Shown: positions 53,901-62,254 of the stretch, one piece after another | Position numbering within the stretch: position 1 is the first letter of the stretch | How the letters are laid out: every line of letters begins with the position of its first letter | DNA from: an uncultured Candidatus Saccharibacteria bacterium | GTDB lineage: Bacteria; Patescibacteriota; UBA1384; JAGGWG01; CAZAJM01 | Length of the DNA: 64,000 nucleotides | NCBI GenBank assembly: GCA_964485625.1 | Contig: CAZAJM010000001.1 | Location: 29,803 to 93,802, forward strand | Direction: 5' to 3' | Program-made: the position numbers and the translations under genes | The notes under the pieces: generated by a model | Databases searched by the model: none | Told to the model about the DNA's origin: nothing | The model's input: the letters and a program-made list of their open reading frames with translations, nothing else

Positions 53901-55748
53901 GGTTTTTTTAGTTAATTCTTCTAAGTCTATTAAAGGTTTAATATCTTTTTTTATTGTTTTCGGTTTTTTGCCGTGTTTACGGTTGTACTCCAGTTGGATC
54001 TTTCTTCTTCTATTTACCTCATCGATCGCTCTTTTCATAGAACCGGTTACCTTATCAGCATAAAGTATCACTCGGCCTTTAATATTTCTAGCTGCCCGGC
54101 CCATAGTCTGAATAAATGAGGTCTCGGAACGTAGAAAGCCCTCTTGGTCTGCCTCCAGAATTGCGACTAGAGAGACTTCGGGTAAATCTAAGCCCTCTCT
54201 AAGCAGATTAACTCCGACTAAGACATTAAATTGGCCCTCTCTAAACTCAGTTAATATCTCCGAGCGCTCCACTGTGCCTGTATCGGAGTGCATGAACTTA
54301 GATTTAATGCCGTTTTCGTTAAAATAGCTTGAAAGCTCCTCGGCATTTTTCTTAGTAAGAGCGTTGACTAAGACCCGTTCTTCTCTATTTATCACCTTTG
54401 CAATTTCTTTCTCTAGATCATCAATTTGAGAGGTATCGGTCTTTTTATTGTAAACTTTCTTAATCTCAATCTCTGGATCAACTAGATAGGTTGGTCTGAT
54501 TATCTGCTGGGCAATAACAGAAGATTTTGTTCTCTCATAGTCAGATGGTGTAGCTGAAGTATAGATTATTTGGTCAACTCTCTCGTCAAATTCAGAAAAG
54601 TTTAATGGTCTATTGTCTATAGCTGAGGGCAGTCGCCAGCCATGATTGATTAGAGTTTTCTTTCTGGCCTGATCTCCTCGGTACATACCCTTGATTTGAG
54701 GCACGGCAATATGGGACTCATCGATAATAGTAAGAAAGTCCGGTTTGCCGTTTTCGTCTTTGGGGAAATATGATATCAGGGTTTCCGGCGGTTGACCCGG
54801 TAGTTGTCCGGTGAGGTGGCGGGAGTAGTTTTCTATGCCGTTACAGTAGCCAACCGATTTGATCATCGCTAGATCATTCTTAACTACTCTTTCCAGTCTC
54901 TCTGCAGCTAAATATTTATTGTTATCTTTAAAATACTTAAGCCGCTCGTCTAGTTCTTGGCGGATTGTTTTAGCTGCCTCCTCAATATCTTCTTCTTTGC
55001 GAATAAAGTGCTTGGCCGGAAAGATAACCAATTGATCCATCTCCTCAATTGTTGATCTGGTTGTCTTATCAACTACTGAAAGCCTGGCAATTTTCTGGTC
55101 TTTTAGTTCTATTCGATAGGCAAGATCTTTGCTGGGTGGGACAATCTCAATTACATCTCCTCGAGCTCTAAACTTGCCTCGATCCAGATCGAAGCTATTT
55201 CGCTCATATTGCAGTTTGATTAGTTGATTAATGAGATCGCTGCGAGTAATTACATCTCCTAGGTTTAAGTATATTGCTTGTTCAAAATAGTCTGTCGGCA
55301 CCCCCAAGTTATATATACAGGAGACACTGGCAACGACGATCACATCGCTGCGAGTCTGTAAGGCCTCTGTTGCTTCGTGACGAAACTTCTCTATCTCCTC
55401 ATTGATGCTAGCCTCTTTTTGAATGTAGGTATCAGTCGTTGGCAGGTAGGCTTCCGGCTGATAGTAATCGTAGTAGGAGACAAAGAACGCCACCTTGTTA
55501 TCGGGAAAGTAGTTCTTATACTCCCGATAGAGCTGAGCTGCCAGCACTTTGTTTGGCGAGATAACCAATGTAGGTCTATTAATCTTCTCAATTAAATTGG
55601 CAACGCTAAAAGTCTTGCCACTACCGGTTACTCCCAGAAGGGTCATCTTCTCAGCTCCAGATCGGTAGCCTTTTAAAAGCTTTTTAATCGCCTTGGGCTG
55701 GTCTCCGGTCGGAGAGTATTTTGATGAAAGTTTGAATTTATTTGCCAT
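53868..55748 (-). CDS. uvrB: Excinuclease ABC subunit B
   Basis: GVTGSGKT Walker A, helicase motifs, and a C-terminal UVR region. 626 aa. Confidence 0.95.
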   Translation of the reverse strand: MANKFKLSSKYSPTGDQPKAIKKLLKGYRSGAEKMTLLGVTGSGKTFSVANLIEKINRPTLVISPNKVLAAQLYREYKNYFPDNKVAFFVSYYDYYQPEAYLPTTDTYIQKEASINEEIEKFRHEATEALQTRSDVIVVASVSCIYNLGVPTDYFEQAIYLNLGDVITRSDLINQLIKLQYERNSFDLDRGKFRARGDVIEIVPPSKDLAYRIELKDQKIARLSVVDKTTRSTIEEMDQLVIFPAKHFIRKEEDIEEAAKTIRQELDERLKYFKDNNKYLAAERLERVVKNDLAMIKSVGYCNGIENYSRHLTGQLPGQPPETLISYFPKDENGKPDFLTIIDESHIAVPQIKGMYRGDQARKKTLINHGWRLPSAIDNRPLNFSEFDERVDQIIYTSATPSDYERTKSSVIAQQIIRPTYLVDPEIEIKKVYNKKTDTSQIDDLEKEIAKVINREERVLVNALTKKNAEELSSYFNENGIKSKFMHSDTGTVERSEILTEFREGQFNVLVGVNLLREGLDLPEVSLVAILEADQEGFLRSETSFIQTMGRAARNIKGRVILYADKVTGSMKRAIDEVNRRRKIQLEYNRKHGKKPKTIKKDIKPLIDLEELTKKTNSEGNPPAND

Positions 55749-56536
55749 ATCGAGAAATATCCCCTAGCAACTACTTACTTAGGGGTTGGTGAGTTAATAT
55801 ATATTGATTGTTTACCTGGCAAGCTAAGTTTAGTCTGCTAGGCAAGATCATTATACAGCTTGAGATAATTTTGGTCAAGGGTTGAAAAAAGTAAGAAAAT
55901 GAACTAATATTTACTTATCACCGACTAGAACCACCATAACCAAACAGAAAGGAGAAACAACTATGGACGCAGTCTGGTTTGTTGGATCGCTTTTGATTAT
56001 TCTTCTTTTCTGGAGACTGATAAGTTCTAGGAGAAAATCCGGAGGAAGAACAGTCTCTTTCTTCAATGTACATAAGAGCTCAGGAAGGAGAGAGTAAATT
56101 GAACCATTGGACCGATGAAGCTGTTATTACCATGATTGTTACCGGCCAGGAGGTTGCCGATGACATTAAAACGAAACAGGATCCAACAATAGTGAGTTGC
56201 CCTGATTGCGGCGCAGAGCATGATTATAGGGAGAGGTGTCCAGGATAATGTCAGTTGCTGAAAGAATCACAGGTTTATCTGTAATAGAATTATGCAATTA
56301 CTCTTTTCCAAGAATTACCAGATCAGATCAAGTTAGACCGACAAGAGCTTTTCAGTCCACCGGAGATAGCAGGCTTGATAGAATGAGAGTTATTGGTAAC
56401 GGTGATTTGGAAGTTATGAGAGAAAGAGAGCATTTGTTAGAACCACTGTCTAATTTTCTTCGCGAATAGAAGCGAGGATATTCTTAGGCAGTTTTTAATT
56501 AAAAAAGACTCAAAATATTTTAATAATCATATATAA

Positions 56537-57133
56537 TTATGAGTCTTGATCTGGGTTAATATATTCTGGATTGACGGCCACAAACTTAACTGGCTTGCAA
56601 TCTTGTCTAACCATCTTAGCAACCCATTCTTGTTCGTTGAATTCTTCCCCCAAACTACATGTCTCTATAACTCCAAAAATTTCCAAGCCTTCTTTTTGTA
56701 TGGGATAACAGTTCATAATAACATTTCTATCTGAGTTTCCATCTCTATGAATTGCTGGCGATCTATTTGACGCAGAGTTAGCGGTGACTGTGGTTATATT
56801 AGGCAATGAATCCCATCTGGAAACGATTGACAACATTTCTTTATCCCTTGAATATAGATAAATGTGAGTGCCATTGAATGGATGAGCTGAACTAATAGCC
56901 CAATCTAAGGATTTAAATAAGTAAGTTTTAGTCCCATCATAATCAATAGTAATAGCGTGTCGTCCAGTAGGCAAGCCATTTTCATCTTCCTCGCTTACTC
57001 CATCAATTATTCTTATTGGGCCTCCCATGCTCGGTGCGTGTTCTAACGAATCAAAATCAATCTCATCTTCAGGTGAGGCAGGAGTAAATAGAAATATTAG
57101 TCTTTGAAATCTAAACACATCTTGGTTTTCCAT
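56537..57133 (-). CDS. Hypothetical protein
   Basis: 198-aa ORF. No motif. Confidence 0.4.
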   Translation of the reverse strand: MENQDVFRFQRLIFLFTPASPEDEIDFDSLEHAPSMGGPIRIIDGVSEEDENGLPTGRHAITIDYDGTKTYLFKSLDWAISSAHPFNGTHIYLYSRDKEMLSIVSRWDSLPNITTVTANSASNRSPAIHRDGNSDRNVIMNCYPIQKEGLEIFGVIETCSLGEEFNEQEWVAKMVRQDCKPVKFVAVNPEYINPDQDS

Positions 57134-57207
57134 GGCTGCTACTCCTTTTCAAGGTTCTTGAGTACGCAAAAACATCATATCATACATAATATTTGTTTTA
57201 CAATTAT

Positions 57208-57663
57208 TTAGATCAAATATTTTTCAAAATCCTTAACTATCGGTGCTTTCGTCTTGTAGCCACTATCAACAATTTTGAATCCTTCCCTCTCTAAAAGTTT
57301 AATCTGCTTTGAAGGCTGGCCCATATATTTTTCGTAGACCTGGCCATCAGGTTTTATCACCCTCCAGTAGGGGGTTAGGTTCTTTCTGCCTTCTTCTCTG
57401 TCCTCTTCGGTTTTGTTGGCAGCAATACCGATAAATATACCTGTAGTTAGTTGGCAGGTAAAATCTACTTGGTGTTTCTTGTTAAGTTTTTCCACGATCT
57501 GTTTGGTAGTAATTAGCTTACCTTTAGGAACTTTACTGATAATTTGAGATATCTCCATCGGGCAAGAGATATACATCAGGCCTCTGTCTGTCTCTTTCTT
57601 GCTCATAAAACCTTCTTTTTCTTCACTAAATTTTTTTTGCCAAGACTTTTTTGTTTTAGTCAT
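57208..57663 (-). CDS. Alkyltransferase-like (ATL) protein: MGMT DNA-binding fold without the active-site Cys
   Basis: ISKVPKGKLITTKQIVEKL HTH region and TPYWRVI in place of the MGMT PCHRV motif (Cys replaced by an aromatic residue, as in ATL PWHRV). 151 aa. Confidence 0.55.
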   Translation of the reverse strand: MTKTKKSWQKKFSEEKEGFMSKKETDRGLMYISCPMEISQIISKVPKGKLITTKQIVEKLNKKHQVDFTCQLTTGIFIGIAANKTEEDREEGRKNLTPYWRVIKPDGQVYEKYMGQPSKQIKLLEREGFKIVDSGYKTKAPIVKDFEKYLI

Positions 57664-57670
57664 TTTTTAA

Positions 57671-58087
57671 TTATTTAGGTATTTTCCCCAAATCTCCATT
57701 AATTACTTTTGGCTTCATGGCAATAATCTCGGTTCTATACAACTCATTATTTGGAACTGGATTTAGGAGGTAAATTTTTTGATCTAATATGTGGGCAAAG
57801 CCCATCTCCAAGAAAGTATTGCCACCGATATAGTTTTTAGTTCCATTTTTATCCCAATTACAGACCAAAACCGCATCGGTACCCTGCATCTGTTGCCAGA
57901 AAGACCGGATGGCATCTTTGTTGTATTTCTGTTCTAATTTGATCCGCTCTTTATCCTCAGGGCTCTTACCGGCGATGTTTTTAGCAAGCTTTGTAATAAA
58001 AGCCTCATGCCCCAACCTGTTAAGTTGGTCTTTGCTCTTAATCATCTCATCAGTAAAATTCATTGAACCAATTACTCCAATTCTCAT
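57671..58087 (-). CDS. Nucleoside 2-deoxyribosyltransferase / DNPH1(Rcl)-like protein (paralogue of 29814-30218)
   Basis: MRIGVIGSMNF and GGNTFLEMGFAHILDQKIYLLNP align with MKIVICSSMSF and GGNSLIEMAFAYVLEKKIFLLNP of the first copy. 8 nt upstream of the ATL gene. Confidence 0.6.
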   Translation of the reverse strand: MRIGVIGSMNFTDEMIKSKDQLNRLGHEAFITKLAKNIAGKSPEDKERIKLEQKYNKDAIRSFWQQMQGTDAVLVCNWDKNGTKNYIGGNTFLEMGFAHILDQKIYLLNPVPNNELYRTEIIAMKPKVINGDLGKIPK

Positions 58088-58231
58088 GGTAGCTTAATTT
58101 TAAGAATTAACTAGAAAAAAGGCAAATTAATAATTGTCTAATATTGACTAAGGTGTAACACTGTGATATTATGTAACCACTTTGTACCTATCGGTTGGTA
58201 GAACCAAAAAACTGCCAGGAGGTAGTCGACT

Positions 58232-59068
58232 ATGTCTGAACAGACAAAAGTCGTTGTCCTCAACGAGGCCCCCCATAATAGGATAGAGAAGGGCCTTGCC
58301 TGCTTGGCCAATGCTGGGGTAACCAGTGACCATTGGCAGCAGGCCACCATCGATGACCCGATCGCCCGAAGGTGTGTCGCCTCAGCTCTCAAGGGCGAGG
58401 TAGCTACTCCAATCACTCAAGACGATTGGTTGGAGCGTGAGGCTGAGATCCTCAGCCAGATCTGCGATAGTGGGAAGGGCTCAGGCATGTTCAGTGTCGA
58501 GTCCCTCCGTCCCGCACTGAACCGGGCAGTTGAGGAATGGGGAGAACCCACTGAGCACTGGCGGGTAATCCCCGGTGCCTACACCCTCCCCGACTTGTTC
58601 GAGATTCTCTACCGCTTGGAAGACAAGTGGCAGGAGGATCACAGCGGCAAGAGCTTCCTCTGCGGGAGGCGCAAAGAGGAGTGGTGGCGGACCAGTGACA
58701 CGTACCAGCCTATCGCCACTGAGCTTGGTGTCATGGTCTGCAACCTCGAGACCTGCGCTAACCCGACTGATCTGGACGGTGCCCCCTACTACCTCAACCG
58801 TGAGGAGCAGGAGGCCTGGGTCAAGACCCAGGGAGCGGAGGAAATGATGAGCGCTGAAGAGGTTATCTACCTCTTCATCCGCTCTATTATGGGGCTAAGC
58901 CGCCCTCTCTGGCCTGCCGGTACCATGCGCTGCCGAAACAACACCGGTTCGGGCGGCTCGCTCAGCGTCTATTGGCACGCGCGCGATGGCTTGAGCGTCA
59001 GCGGCTGGCACGATGTTGGTCCGAGTTGGTGCATCGGTGCTCTCCCCCGGAAGTTGGTTTTGGCCTAG
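58232..59068 (+). CDS. DGR variable (target) protein with a C-terminal VR in a CLec/FGE-like fold; strongly GC-rich gene
   Basis: The C-terminal ~36 codons are the VR. The whole ORF is about 55-58% GC against ~38% flanks. GGAGG RBS. No signal peptide or TM. The VR-encoded tail ...GSGGSLSVYWHARDGLSVSGWHDVGPSWCIGALPRK. Confidence 0.8.
   Translation: MSEQTKVVVLNEAPHNRIEKGLACLANAGVTSDHWQQATIDDPIARRCVASALKGEVATPITQDDWLEREAEILSQICDSGKGSGMFSVESLRPALNRAVEEWGEPTEHWRVIPGAYTLPDLFEILYRLEDKWQEDHSGKSFLCGRRKEEWWRTSDTYQPIATELGVMVCNLETCANPTDLDGAPYYLNREEQEAWVKTQGAEEMMSAEEVIYLFIRSIMGLSRPLWPAGTMRCRNNTGSGGSLSVYWHARDGLSVSGWHDVGPSWCIGALPRKLVLA
58945..59053 (+). repeat. DGR variable repeat (VR), 109 nt
   Basis: Identical to the TR at 59417-59525 at all 92 non-mismatched positions. 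All 17 mismatches fall where the TR has A (VR has G/C/T). A GC palindrome GGCCTAGGCC (59062-59071) lies immediately 3'. Confidence 0.85.
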
Positions 59069-59416
59069 GCCCTTGGGGTCTGGGATCTATTGGGTGTTAG
59101 CTCTTGGTTTTTCCGCTCTGCGGATCACCTTGGACTAACGCCCATCTTTTTTTAAATAAAAATATGGTAGAATATAGTTAAGATAGCAATGAATTGGAGT
59201 TTACGGATTCCAATCGCTATCTTCCTGATCTCTTGGAGACAGAGTCCTTAATTTGAATCTGAATTAAGGGGAGTTTTTAAAAAGGGATTAGAGACTTCTT
59301 ACTGTCTGTTTGGCAGGGTTTTGGTAGCTTGAATACTTGCCACATAAAATACAGGGAGGAGTAGCCTTATTTGAGGTCTCAACTCCTGGTGGTTGCAGAG
59401 GACAGATAGTAAATTA

Positions 59417-59525
59417 CGGTTCGGGCAACTCGCTCAACGTCAATTGGAACGCGAACGATGGCTTGAACGTCAACAACTGGCACGATGATGATCCGAATTG
59501 GAACATCGGTGCTCTCCCCCGGAAG
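59417..59525 (+). repeat. DGR template repeat (TR), 109 nt, rich in AAC codons
   Basis: cggttcgggcAActcgctcaAcgtcAattggAacgcgAAcgatggcttgaAcgtcaAcAActggcacgatgAtgAtccgaAttggAAcatcggtgctctcccccggaag. Capitals mark TR adenines substituted in the VR. Confidence 0.85.
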
Positions 59526-59544
59526 TCTCTATTTCTTTTGGAAT

Positions 59545-59892
59545 TTATCTGACAGACCTTATCCAACCTCCCAACATTTTGCCAATCTCTTGGAGCATTT
59601 CTTCCAGAGCTAAATATCTTTTAGTCGGAATTGCCTTAATTTCCTCTCCCATTCTAAGAAGAACTTTTAAAAGATCTAATTTAATACTGGCTTTTTTCAA
59701 GTATTTTAACTTTGTTTCTCTATGAGAATTGTTGCTAGCAGTAATTAAGTATTCCATAATCTCTAATGTAATGTCATCTGTTTTTTGCCCTAGGGTGTAT
59801 TTATTTCTTTTTGGCATTTTTTCAACTACAAACATTAATTCTCGATAGAAATTGTAAGTTTTGGTAACAATAGGAGCTTCTTGATTGCTCAT
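59545..59892 (-). CDS. avd: DGR accessory variability determinant (Avd), four-helix-bundle family, encoded antisense between TR and RT
   Basis: 115 aa. Resembles 23S-rRNA-IVS/Avd four-helix-bundle proteins (YTLGQKTDD..., KLDLLKVLLRMGEEIKAI, C-terminus EIGKMLGGWIRSVR cf. ...VAKMLSGLIRSR). Its ATG overlaps the RT ATG in the palindrome CATG at 59890-59893. Confidence 0.65.
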   Translation of the reverse strand: MSNQEAPIVTKTYNFYRELMFVVEKMPKRNKYTLGQKTDDITLEIMEYLITASNNSHRETKLKYLKKASIKLDLLKVLLRMGEEIKAIPTKRYLALEEMLQEIGKMLGGWIRSVR

Positions 59893-60880
59893 GGCTAAAC
59901 TAATTAATGATATTACTAGTATTGAAAACTTGTTTTTAAGCTGGAAAAATTTTAGAAAAGGCAAACGCCATAAACCGGATGTGCAGCAGTTCGAACGGTA
60001 CCTTGAAGATAATCTATTCCAACTTCGTCAAGAGTTTAAAACGGGCAGCTACAGACATGGTAATTATATCAGCTTCAATATTACTGACCCAAAATCAAGA
60101 TTGATTCACAAGGCTAAAGTTAGGGATCGAGTAGTACATCACGGAGTATACCGTCAACTTTATCCAATCTTTGATAAAGGCTTTATTTTTGACAGCTACT
60201 CTTGTAGAAATAACAAAGGAACTCATAGGGCGATAAAGAGGTTAAGAAAATTTACTATCAAGGTATCCAAAAACAATATAAGAGTCTGTTGGGCTTTGAA
60301 GCTTGATGTTAAAAAGTTTTTTAATAGTGTAGATCAGCAAATTCTGTTAAAGCTTATCTCTAAGAAAATTAAAGACAGAAAAGCTCTAAGTTTAATTGAT
60401 GAAATAATCGGTAGTTTTTCTGTGGATAAAAAATCTCAGAGAGAGAGAGAGAGAGAGTTAAGGGGTCTGCCGATTGGCAATTTGACTTCTCAACTTTTTG
60501 CAAATATCTACCTAAATCCCTTGGATCAGTTTGTAAAGCATGAGTTAAAAGAAAAATATTATCTTCGTTACTGTGATGACTTTGTTATTCTTAGTAAAGA
60601 CAGAAAGCATCTGATTAAGCGTATTTTTAAGATCGAGAAGTTTTTAAGCAAGAAATTAAAATTAAATTTACATCCTGATAAAATAATTCTAACAAAACTA
60701 AAACAGGGCATAGACTTTTTAGGTTACGTTGTTTTGCCACATTCAATTGTTCTGCGAACTAAAACTAAAAAAAGGATGTTAAATATGATTAACGAGAGTA
60801 ACAAAGACTCGTACTTAGGACTGCTCAAGCATTGTGATAGTTATAAATTGAAACAAAGAATAAGAAGTATTTTTGATTGA
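59891..60880 (+). CDS. DGR reverse transcriptase
   Basis: RT motifs: GLPIGNLTSQLFANIYL (the DGR-specific IGxxxSQ replacing group-II QGxxSP) and YLRYCDDFVIL (YxDD). About 330 aa, the size typical of DGR RTs. The track ORF starts at a TTG at 59885. Confidence 0.9.
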   Translation: MAKLINDITSIENLFLSWKNFRKGKRHKPDVQQFERYLEDNLFQLRQEFKTGSYRHGNYISFNITDPKSRLIHKAKVRDRVVHHGVYRQLYPIFDKGFIFDSYSCRNNKGTHRAIKRLRKFTIKVSKNNIRVCWALKLDVKKFFNSVDQQILLKLISKKIKDRKALSLIDEIIGSFSVDKKSQRERERELRGLPIGNLTSQLFANIYLNPLDQFVKHELKEKYYLRYCDDFVILSKDRKHLIKRIFKIEKFLSKKLKLNLHPDKIILTKLKQGIDFLGYVVLPHSIVLRTKTKKRMLNMINESNKDSYLGLLKHCDSYKLKQRIRSIFD

Positions 60881-60922
60881 GAACATTACATTTTTAACTA
60901 TCTGTTTTTTTAACTAAAAAAA

Positions 60923-60997
60923 TCGGGGCACTCGGACTTGAACCGAGAATCTCCACGTCCCAAACGTGGCGCCTTAAGCCAATTAGGCCATGCCCCG
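60923..60997 (-). tRNA. tRNA-Pro (anticodon TGG)
   Basis: Minus strand CGGGGCATGGCCTAATTGGCTTAAGGCGCCACGTTTGGGACGTGGAGATTCTCGGTTCAAGTCCGAGTGCCCCGA. Anticodon loop TTTGGGA. Confidence 0.8.
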
Positions 60998-61068
60998 ATC
61001 TAGAAATAATATAGCAGAAGCTAGGCCATATTTCAATATCTAGTTATTTTGATATAATATAGACACAT

Positions 61069-61983
61069 ATGAATCTAGATTTTGTTCAAATTGTTAAAAA
61101 GACTTGGAAGCTGGTCTCCAAGAGGCCCTACTTTTGGCTAGTTGGTATTTTAGCTGGTAGTGGCGGTGGTTTTAGTATTTCTTTGAACTTACCTGCTTGG
61201 GGAGGCAACGCAAATCAAGTTTTTGCTCAGGGTAGTGATTTTAATGGTTTCCAGACTGAACTTACTAGCTTTATTGATTCAAATTGGCTAATAATATTAA
61301 TTATACTGATTATCCTAATATTAATTGGCCTTATCTTTCTAATACTATCTTTTGCTGCTAAGGCTGGTTTAGTTAAAACAGTTTGGGGTATAGAGAAAGA
61401 GGGTAAAGAGAGTGATTTTTTCGCTACAATTGGCAATGGCTTTAAATACTTTTGGCGAGTGGTTGGTCTTAGCTTGCTAGCCTGTCTAACAGTGGCAGTC
61501 GCTATAGTTTTGTTTGCCGCTCCGATCTTTATTCAATCGCTCCTGCCTCTACTGTTTTTCGGTTGGGTTATGATTGGATCAATTCTAGTCTTTGCTCTAG
61601 CTATATTTGTTGAGATCTTCTATGTCCTCTCTCTAAGAGAGATTGCCATTAAAGATATAACCATTGGTGAGGCTCTTAGAAACAGCTGGCAGATCATTAA
61701 AAAAAGAGTTGGCCAGATAGTTCTAGGCCTACTAGTCTTCTACCTTGTTAGTATAGTTTTTGGTCTTGGTTTTGCTATCGTCACTCTTACCTATTTGCTA
61801 ATATCTGCCCTTCTAGTCTGGTTGGCATATATTCTCTCCTCAACCGCCGCAATAATTTTTGGCATCTTCTTAGGGCTGGTTTTAACAATCTTAACTCTAG
61901 TTCTAGTTGGTTTCTTATCGAGCTTTAAGATTAGTTACTGGACATTAATCTATGATAAGATACAATTAAAGAAAGTTAGTTAG
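61069..61983 (+). CDS. Polytopic membrane protein (hypothetical)
   Basis: 304 aa, 6 or more TM helices. No motif. Confidence 0.5.
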   Translation: MNLDFVQIVKKTWKLVSKRPYFWLVGILAGSGGGFSISLNLPAWGGNANQVFAQGSDFNGFQTELTSFIDSNWLIILIILIILILIGLIFLILSFAAKAGLVKTVWGIEKEGKESDFFATIGNGFKYFWRVVGLSLLACLTVAVAIVLFAAPIFIQSLLPLLFFGWVMIGSILVFALAIFVEIFYVLSLREIAIKDITIGEALRNSWQIIKKRVGQIVLGLLVFYLVSIVFGLGFAIVTLTYLLISALLVWLAYILSSTAAIIFGIFLGLVLTILTLVLVGFLSSFKISYWTLIYDKIQLKKVS

Positions 61984-61987
61984 AATT

Positions 61988-62239
61988 ATGGATATTAAAG
62001 ATCAATTAGTAGCAGTCTTGGGTTTAGTAGTAATTGTTTTGGTAGCCGGTTTCCTATACTACGGCAATCAAACAGGGGAGGTAGCCGGAGCAGATACAGT
62101 TGGCGAAAGTAATGTTTTTAAAAATGCTCAAGTCCAGTCTCAGAACATCTCTGATATTGGTCAACAGAAAATAGATCAGTCTATTGGAGCAGAGGTGGAA
62201 GCAGTTAAGAAAGTTGAAGAGGCGTTAAAGAGAAAGTAA
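61988..62239 (+). CDS. Small membrane-anchored protein (hypothetical)
   Basis: 83 aa, one N-terminal TM. Confidence 0.35.
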   Translation: MDIKDQLVAVLGLVVIVLVAGFLYYGNQTGEVAGADTVGESNVFKNAQVQSQNISDIGQQKIDQSIGAEVEAVKKVEEALKRK

Positions 62240-62254
62240 TAACAAGCTTGTAAA

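Noticed and set aside
56066-56469. Small + strand ORFs (60 and 77 aa) between uvrB and the 198-aa hypothetical
   Set aside because: No RBS, weak coding look, one CxxC pair only; insufficient support to call genes.
59337-59552. 71-aa + strand ORF MPHKIQGG...
   Set aside because: It is the TR of the DGR read in the target-gene frame. It is paralogous to the VR-encoded C-terminus only because the TR templates the VR, so it is not an independent gene.
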